Positions 58,097 to 64,000 of a stretch of DNA of 64,000 nt are shown piece by piece. Within the stretch, counting starts at the first letter, position 1, and each line of letters begins with the position of its first letter. Source of the DNA: a virus. The position numbers and the translations under genes were made by a program. The notes beneath the pieces are model-generated. The model ran no database searches, was not told where the DNA came from, and saw only the letters and a program-made list of their open reading frames with translations. Where the stretch lies: IMG/VR virus record IMGVR_UViG_3300009702_000500, positions 1 through 64,000 of that record. The stretch is one strand, 5' to 3'.

Positions 58097-59126
58097 TAAA
58101 TCAAATGATGATAAATGGTTGGAGTTTAAACAACATATACAAGTATTAAAAAATGCTGTAGATGGTAGACTTCTTCTGGAAACACTCGGGTTTAATATTA
58201 CAAAAGAAACTTCAAAAGAGTTGCGAGCAGCATGTATAATTCATGGTGGTGATAATACAACAGCTTTCAGATTTAATAAAGAAAGGCACACGTGGGTTTG
58301 TTTTTCTCACAAATGTCATGAGATATTTGGTAATGACGTTATATCACTGATCCGGGCTTGTGAAGACACAGATTTCAGAGGCGCTGTTAATTATCTTCGT
58401 GAATTGACAGGCGATATAGATACTAACCCGAGGAAATTTCTTGAGTTACAAAGGCAGCAAGAGAGGCGCGCATTTATTAGGGAACATTGTACTAAACATA
58501 GTGTTCCGCCATATGTGTCAGAGAAACATTTGCAAAAACATTTACATCTAAGGTCTAATGGATTTATAATAGACGGATTTAAACCAGAAACCTTAGATTA
58601 TTTTGAAATTGGCGGCGGGTATGTAGATGAAGAAGGGGATATTAGAGATATCATACCCATAAGAGACCTAGACGGAACCTTATTAGCCTATAGTCAGAGA
58701 GATATTCGCCGTAATATAGATATACCAGACGATGATAAATACAAAATAACCCCAGGTCTTTTAAAAGATAGAGTACTATATAATTTGAATAATGCTAAGG
58801 AGTATCTTCCTAAGAATAAACTTATTATAGTAGAAGGATTTAAGAGCGTGTGGTGGTTGTATGAAATGGGTATTTATAATGTAGTAGCAGTTATGGGGTC
58901 TTCTATTACGCCAGGACAACAAACGCTTTTATATCAGCACGCACACAATGGCATTGTGGTGCTGTTTGATAATGATGTGCCTGGAATAGAAGGTACTCAA
59001 AAAGCTTATGAACAGATGTTTAATAAAATAAGTATTATTCCTATTATTATGTATGGTCCAGAAGGTACTGACCCTGCAGATATAGATAAAGATATTTTAT
59101 ATAAATTCTTGAAAGACTTTGTTTAG
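58050..59126 (+). CDS. dnaG: DNA primase (CHC2 zinc finger + TOPRIM)
   Basis: CIIH...CFSHKC; IIPIRD; LYNLN; IIVEGF; FDND..G; DPAD. Confidence 0.9.
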   Translation: MMTVQTQHSLTKSSFNKSNDDKWLEFKQHIQVLKNAVDGRLLLETLGFNITKETSKELRAACIIHGGDNTTAFRFNKERHTWVCFSHKCHEIFGNDVISLIRACEDTDFRGAVNYLRELTGDIDTNPRKFLELQRQQERRAFIREHCTKHSVPPYVSEKHLQKHLHLRSNGFIIDGFKPETLDYFEIGGGYVDEEGDIRDIIPIRDLDGTLLAYSQRDIRRNIDIPDDDKYKITPGLLKDRVLYNLNNAKEYLPKNKLIIVEGFKSVWWLYEMGIYNVVAVMGSSITPGQQTLLYQHAHNGIVVLFDNDVPGIEGTQKAYEQMFNKISIIPIIMYGPEGTDPADIDKDILYKFLKDFV

Positions 59127-59131
59127 GAGAA

Positions 59132-59461
59132 ATGATGAGTGATTTGTCAGGAATGAATTTTGTTAGATTAAGAGGCAGAATTAAAAACCCAAAGACTAAA
59201 ATAGTAGGTCAATATAATTCTATGGTGTTTAACGCGTCTTTGGCTATACCGGCACCACACCCACAAACTGGTTTTCAATACATTAAAATTTCTTCTTTTT
59301 CTAGAGCAGAGGAACTTTCTGAGTTGGAACCAAATACTTTTGTGGAACTAGAAGGTCATATAGAAGAGCGTTCTTTTTCTAGTAGTTGTAGACATTGTGG
59401 CGGGTATGAAAAGAAATATTGGACCGAGGTTGTGGTAGATAATTTTGTAGTATTAAGCTAA
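59132..59461 (+). CDS. ssb: SSB-family OB-fold protein with a CxxC insert and no acidic tail
   Basis: MNFVRLRGRI..P...VELEGHIEERSF...YWTEVVVDN. Confidence 0.75.
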   Translation: MMSDLSGMNFVRLRGRIKNPKTKIVGQYNSMVFNASLAIPAPHPQTGFQYIKISSFSRAEELSELEPNTFVELEGHIEERSFSSSCRHCGGYEKKYWTEVVVDNFVVLS

Positions 59462-59473
59462 AGGAGATAGATT

Positions 59474-59836
59474 ATGGAATATTATGGTTTACCATCTATG
59501 TTATTGTTCCCTTCAAGCCATTATCGCTTTGAGGTGGGTGATGATAAATTTGAACTTACATTACCAAAGAAAGGTATTTATAAAGATTTAGACAAAGAAT
59601 ATTTTAAAGGGCACGATGCCGAATTTAAAGAATTTGTAGTATTTGATGATGAAACAAATACTTTTTACCCTCCGGCAGTAACAACAGTTTTACTGTCACT
59701 TAAAAAATATCCCAGGTTAAGTGTAGGAGAGGTATTTATGCCATTGAAGTTTGAATTAAAGGAAAAGGATATTGTTATAGTAGGGGTTATAGCTAAACTA
59801 TTATCCAGCGAGGGGTTGGAAGAAAAGGAGGCATAA
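59474..59836 (+). CDS. Hypothetical protein (120 aa)
   Basis: AAGGAG RBS. Confidence 0.6.
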   Translation: MEYYGLPSMLLFPSSHYRFEVGDDKFELTLPKKGIYKDLDKEYFKGHDAEFKEFVVFDDETNTFYPPAVTTVLLSLKKYPRLSVGEVFMPLKFELKEKDIVIVGVIAKLLSSEGLEEKEA

Positions 59837-59837
59837 A

Positions 59838-60590
59838 ATGAATTGGAAGGTGGCACCTATACAGGGCAGACAATTAAGAGATGTTAGGAGAGAAGACATC
59901 TTCGGTGATTTTAGGTTATGTGAAACGTACCGTGGTGGAGGCGGCTATGATCAGTTTCCTAGGATTTTCAAAAGAAGAACCAAGTCTGCGTTAGGAGACA
60001 CAGATCTAAGCAAACAATTTGTCGTCCAGTTGTATGGGTGCCCCCTCGATTGTCCCTATTGTTACGTGACAAGAGATGGAGTGTTTGGTAGATATGTAGA
60101 GTATAGTACTAAAGAGCTTATAGCAGCATTCGAAATGTCTGGCACTAATGTGTTTCATCTTATGGGTGGAGCCCCAGCCATTTATTTGGAGCATTGGTCA
60201 GAGGTTGTAGAACAATTACCAGAGTATGCTATATTTCACAGTGATTTGATGTTTATTGAAGGCTTATATAATGTTGACTGGTTATCTAAAATAAATAGAC
60301 CTAATGTATTATTAGCGGTTAATATAAAAGGTGTAACACAGGAAGATTTTATGAGAAATACCCGCAGAAGATTAGATTGGACTATGTTATGGAAAAATTT
60401 AGATACAGTAGTACAATCAAAAGTAAATTTTTATTTTACATTTACAAACCCAGATAAGAATTATATAGACGATTTTAAACTGGAATTAATTAAAAGGCAT
60501 GGATCTAAAATATTAGAAGATTCATATACAATAGACTTAGTAAAGTATGATGCTTTGAAAGGAGACATTGATGAAGTGCCCGGAATGTGA
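59838..60590 (+). CDS. Radical SAM protein
   Basis: GCPLDCPYC (CxxxCxxC); LMGGAP variant of the GGEP motif; VNIKG. Confidence 0.85.
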   Translation: MNWKVAPIQGRQLRDVRREDIFGDFRLCETYRGGGGYDQFPRIFKRRTKSALGDTDLSKQFVVQLYGCPLDCPYCYVTRDGVFGRYVEYSTKELIAAFEMSGTNVFHLMGGAPAIYLEHWSEVVEQLPEYAIFHSDLMFIEGLYNVDWLSKINRPNVLLAVNIKGVTQEDFMRNTRRRLDWTMLWKNLDTVVQSKVNFYFTFTNPDKNYIDDFKLELIKRHGSKILEDSYTIDLVKYDALKGDIDEVPGM

Positions 60591-60894
60591 TAAAGTGTTA
60601 TCAGAATTGACAGATAACAACGGTGATGTGTTTCTTTGTTGTATGGAGTGTGGGATAGTAATGTCTGGTTATAATTCAGATTATAGAATAGAGTTTTATG
60701 ATGCTGATGATATTGAGGCTTCTATGCTATATGACAAGGATAACATTAAGTTGAAAGAAATATCCATCGGTGATTGTATGGAAAACTATATACATAAATG
60801 TTTAAGATGTAATTCGTATGGATTTGAGGTATCAGAAGGTACTTTTGAATGTATGAAATGTGGATTTGAATGGGAGGTATTTACCATTGAGTAA
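60571..60894 (+). CDS. Double zinc-ribbon protein
   Basis: CPEC...CMECG and CLRC...CMKCG; AGGAG RBS. Confidence 0.7.
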   Translation: MKCPECDKVLSELTDNNGDVFLCCMECGIVMSGYNSDYRIEFYDADDIEASMLYDKDNIKLKEISIGDCMENYIHKCLRCNSYGFEVSEGTFECMKCGFEWEVFTIE

Positions 60895-61660
60895 TGACTA
60901 TTACGATACGTTGGGAGTAGCAAAAAATGCAACTCAAGAAGAGCTTAAAAAGTCTTATAGAGCGCTGTCTATGAAGTATCATCCCGATAGAAACCCAGAT
61001 GACGCTGAAGCAGAAGAACGATTTAAGAAAATTAATGCGGCTTACTCGGTTCTGTCGGATCCTGAAAAAAGACAGCAATATGATAATAGGGATAACCCCT
61101 TTATGAACATGATGCATGGCTGGGGGGATATGATGGGCAGACCCAGAAGGCCTGACCCAAATGCTCCCAGACGAGGCAATGATCTTAGATACATAGCAGG
61201 AGTACCTCTGTACAAAACGGTTCTTGGTGGGGATCATACAATTAAATTTAGTTATCAAGATCCATGTGAGAAATGTAATGGTATAGGTGCTTCTGAAACC
61301 AGAATTTGTTCAGAATGTAATGGTAGTGGTATGAAATCTATGGTTCAGAACCAGGGGAATATGAGAATAATGTCTTCTTCACCTTGTCCTAAGTGCCAAG
61401 GAAGTGGTCGAGAGTCTATTAAAAAATGTGAACAATGTGATGGTTCTGGGTTTAAAACTTTAGATAAAGAATTTACATTTAAAATACCAATAGGGATACC
61501 TGATGGTCATGTATTATCTTTTGCTAATGAGGGGTGTTCAGGTGTAAATGGCGGTCCGCCAGGAGCATTGCTTGTGAGAGTAGGAATTATAATGCCAAAT
61601 GCGCAACGAATGTCTGAAGAGCAGAAGGAAATGCTAAAAAATTTACCTTATGGAGAATAA
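60887..61660 (+). CDS. dnaJ: Compact DnaJ co-chaperone
   Basis: [22 protein letters not shown]; four CxxCxGxG repeats; one C-terminal domain. GGAGGT RBS favours TTG 60887. Confidence 0.92.
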   Translation: MSNDYYDTLGVAKNATQEELKKSYRALSMKYHPDRNPDDAEAEERFKKINAAYSVLSDPEKRQQYDNRDNPFMNMMHGWGDMMGRPRRPDPNAPRRGNDLRYIAGVPLYKTVLGGDHTIKFSYQDPCEKCNGIGASETRICSECNGSGMKSMVQNQGNMRIMSSSPCPKCQGSGRESIKKCEQCDGSGFKTLDKEFTFKIPIGIPDGHVLSFANEGCSGVNGGPPGALLVRVGIIMPNAQRMSEEQKEMLKNLPYGE

Positions 61661-61663
61661 CAG

Positions 61664-62026
61664 ATGTCAATAACAGTGGCCGCGCGTAAAGCAAAAGCCA
61701 GAAGATTACAAAATTGGGCAGCAGAAAAAATAGCAAAGTTATTGGGATGTAAATGGGGTAAGGATTGTAGTGTGGCTCCTAGAGAAATGGGCCAAAATGG
61801 TACTGATGTAAGATTAGTGGGTAGAGCACAAGAAGACTTCCCTTATTCTGTGGAGTGTAAGTACCAGGAAAGTTGGGCAGTACATGCTTGGATAAAACAG
61901 GCTAAAGAAAATCAAAAAGAAGGCACCGATTGGCTGTTAATATGTAAAAGAAACAATATGAAACCTGTAGTTATAATGGATGCGGAGGCGTTTTTTAAAT
62001 TGTTAAAGGAGAACAAAGATGTCTAA
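61664..62026 (+). CDS. Holliday-junction-resolvase-like PD-(D/E)XK nuclease
   Basis: KAKARRLQ..., GTDV, SVECK.QE, KRN..KP.V.MD. Confidence 0.7.
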   Translation: MSITVAARKAKARRLQNWAAEKIAKLLGCKWGKDCSVAPREMGQNGTDVRLVGRAQEDFPYSVECKYQESWAVHAWIKQAKENQKEGTDWLLICKRNNMKPVVIMDAEAFFKLLKENKDV

Positions 62027-63182
62027 AAAAGTTATTAAATTAAGTGCAAGTAGAATAAAGACCTTCTTAGAATGTAAACTTAAGTACAAGTTTATGTATC
62101 AAGACAGATTACCAAAGGTATTAAATCCAGCGTTCAAGATGGGTAATGCTTGTCATGAGTCGTTAGAATTTGCAGGAAATATATGGATGAAGAAGGGCAA
62201 GTTTACAAAGACTGATATTAATAAGATTTTGGAGAAGTATAAGGAAGTATCAGTTAGGGAAGGTATAAGCGATTTTGCGATACATATGAAGGGAGAGGAG
62301 TTGGTTAAATCCAGACTAAAAGGGTTTGATTTAGGCAAAATACTTGGGTTGGAGATCAAATTTGGAATGGGTAAGGGGTCATTAGATATTACAACAGATG
62401 ATGGAATACCCCTTATTGGCGCTATCGATAAGTTCATAGAGATAGACTCTGATACAGGGCTCGTAGTAGACTATAAAACTTCTGCTGTGGTTCCTACAGC
62501 AGATGATCTGAAACATGATGTACAGCTTTCCATCTATGATCTAGTGGCAGCTAAAATACACCCTGAATATAAACGAATTATTCTTAGCTTGGATATGTTA
62601 AAGTATGATCCGGTATATACTTATAGAACTGAAGAGGAAAGGAGGTATTTTTCTGATTATTTAACTATAATACACAAGGAGATGACTAGTTTTACAGAGA
62701 AAGACGCTAAACCCACATTAAATATTTTTTGTCCATGGTGCGAATATAAAGAATTTTGCCCAGAGTATGAAAAAGCGCTTAAGAAATCTGATTACAAATT
62801 CTTAAAAACATCTACTATGGAAAGTAGTGAAATGTTTAAACAGTGGAAAGACATTAAAAGTCTTATGGCATTGTTAAAAGGCCGTGAACGGGAACTTACT
62901 ATGTTGATGCAAGAAAGAATACGTGAACAGCATGAGCAGATTGAAGAGGGAGGAAAAGAGTTATATATTAGACAAAATGCCCGTGGTAGTTATGATCCAG
63001 TAGAAGTAGCAAAGTATGTGCCAGATTATGAAACTTTTTCAAAACTGGTATCTACATTGAATAATAAAGCGGTTATGAAGTACGCAGAAACAAATCCAGC
63101 ATTAAAGAAAAAAATTGAAGAAACAAAACGTGTTAATTATACCGCACCATTTTTAGCGGTTAAAAATTCTACAAAGAAATAA
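62019..63182 (+). CDS. PD-(D/E)XK (RecB/Cas4-like) exonuclease with Fe-S cysteines
   Basis: LSASRIKTFLEC..KY, GNACH, GAIDK, VDYKTS, QLSIY, CPWCEYKEFC. Confidence 0.85.
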   Translation: MSKKVIKLSASRIKTFLECKLKYKFMYQDRLPKVLNPAFKMGNACHESLEFAGNIWMKKGKFTKTDINKILEKYKEVSVREGISDFAIHMKGEELVKSRLKGFDLGKILGLEIKFGMGKGSLDITTDDGIPLIGAIDKFIEIDSDTGLVVDYKTSAVVPTADDLKHDVQLSIYDLVAAKIHPEYKRIILSLDMLKYDPVYTYRTEEERRYFSDYLTIIHKEMTSFTEKDAKPTLNIFCPWCEYKEFCPEYEKALKKSDYKFLKTSTMESSEMFKQWKDIKSLMALLKGRERELTMLMQERIREQHEQIEEGGKELYIRQNARGSYDPVEVAKYVPDYETFSKLVSTLNNKAVMKYAETNPALKKKIEETKRVNYTAPFLAVKNSTKK

Positions 63183-63196
63183 GGAGAATTATTATT

Positions 63197-64000
63197 ATGA
63201 GTGATCGAATTAAAGTTTTAGCTTATTATGATTCACCTACTTGTGCCACTGGTTTTGGTACTGTAAGTAGGAATATTTTTGAAGGGTTGTATCGAACTGG
63301 TAGATTTGATATTGAGATTCTTGGTATTAATTATTGGGGAGATCCCCATAATTTTCCATATAGGATTTGGCCTACTGGTACAAATAGTCAGAGAGATCCA
63401 TATGGTCGTAGAAAGATTTGTGGTATGATTCCTAGAATGGAATTTGATATTTTGTTTTTACTTCAGGATAGTTTTATTTTGGATTTTATGCCAGAATTAA
63501 TGAATTATATGAAGGCAAACTATACAGGAAAATATAAGAGTATTTGTTACTTTCCGGTAGATGGTATTCCAAAAGAACAATGGATTAAAAATGTCGGTGT
63601 TGCCGATCATGTGGTGACGTATTCTAATTTTGGTAAAGCCGAAGCTGAAAAGGCTTGTCCGGAGCTGGGTAAAAACATTGAAATTATTCCTCACGGAGTG
63701 AATACTAGTGACTTCTTCCCATTAGATGATGAAGAAAAATTAAAATTTAGAAAAAGATATTTTGGAAGACATAGTGATAAATTTATTTTTACTAATTTGA
63801 ACAGAAACCAGCAAAGAAAAGACATTCCTCGTACAATTCAAGCGTTTGCTGAGTTTAGAAAACATGTTCCTGAATCTATTTTGTATCTCCACATGGCAAG
63901 GCAAGATCAAGGGTGGAATCTACCTGAAGTTTGTGCATCTTATGGGTTTAATATTAATGATGATGTTATATTTCCTGAAAACTTTGGTCCCAATCAGGGA
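63197..64000 (+). CDS. GT-B (GT4-like) glycosyltransferase, 3' truncated; absent from the ORF track
   Basis: AAGGAG RBS. My translation: MSDRIKVLAYYDSPTCATGFGTVSRN...YFPVDG...IIPHGVNTSDFFP...NRNQQRKDIPRTIQAF...LYLH. Open to the window end. Confidence 0.88.
   Translation, partial: MSDRIKVLAYYDSPTCATGFGTVSRNIFEGLYRTGRFDIEILGINYWGDPHNFPYRIWPTGTNSQRDPYGRRKICGMIPRMEFDILFLLQDSFILDFMPELMNYMKANYTGKYKSICYFPVDGIPKEQWIKNVGVADHVVTYSNFGKAEAEKACPELGKNIEIIPHGVNTSDFFPLDDEEKLKFRKRYFGRHSDKFIFTNLNRNQQRKDIPRTIQAFAEFRKHVPESILYLHMARQDQGWNLPEVCASYGFNINDDVIFPENFGPNQG

Noticed and set aside
722-63694. Minus-strand ORFs and short nested plus-strand ORFs in the track
   Set aside because: All overlap longer plus-strand genes and read as antisense or off-frame shadows with no recognisable motifs.
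1-64000. Stop-codon reassignment, as found in some large phages
   Set aside because: Genes tile densely in the standard code, and TAA, TAG and TGA all end genes followed by an RBS. The two breaks are frameshifts, not in-frame stops.

Overview
AT-rich segment with every plausible gene on the + strand, most consistent with a large (jumbo-type) tailed dsDNA phage using the standard genetic code and AGGAG(G) ribosome-binding sites. Positions 1-52830 are a virion/tail module: the 3' end of a giant tape-measure-like protein, then hub-like, Ig-like, F5/8C, LamG, DUF2341 and beta-propeller adhesin-like proteins up to about 3000 aa. Positions 52932-64000 are a bacterial-type replication/recombination module (DnaN clamp, RecA, DnaB, DnaG, SSB, radical SAM, DnaJ, two PD-(D/E)XK nucleases and a Vsr/DUF559-like endonuclease) ending in a GT4 glycosyltransferase that runs off the window. 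Main leads: (1) a T/V-x-S-G(T) motif enriched across unrelated virion proteins, a candidate glycosylation sequon given the phage glycosyltransferase; (2) a ~185-nt intergenic hairpin array with two perfectly complementary loops and a terminator-like stem; (3) a catalytically eroded ComD/ComE(Ppd)-like ThDP-enzyme pair inside the structural operon; (4) a kinase-like cargo domain in a modular tape-measure protein; (5) nested domains and shared docking-like termini in the adhesins; (6) two single-base frameshifts splitting giant genes. All family assignments are by motif recognition only; no searches were run.
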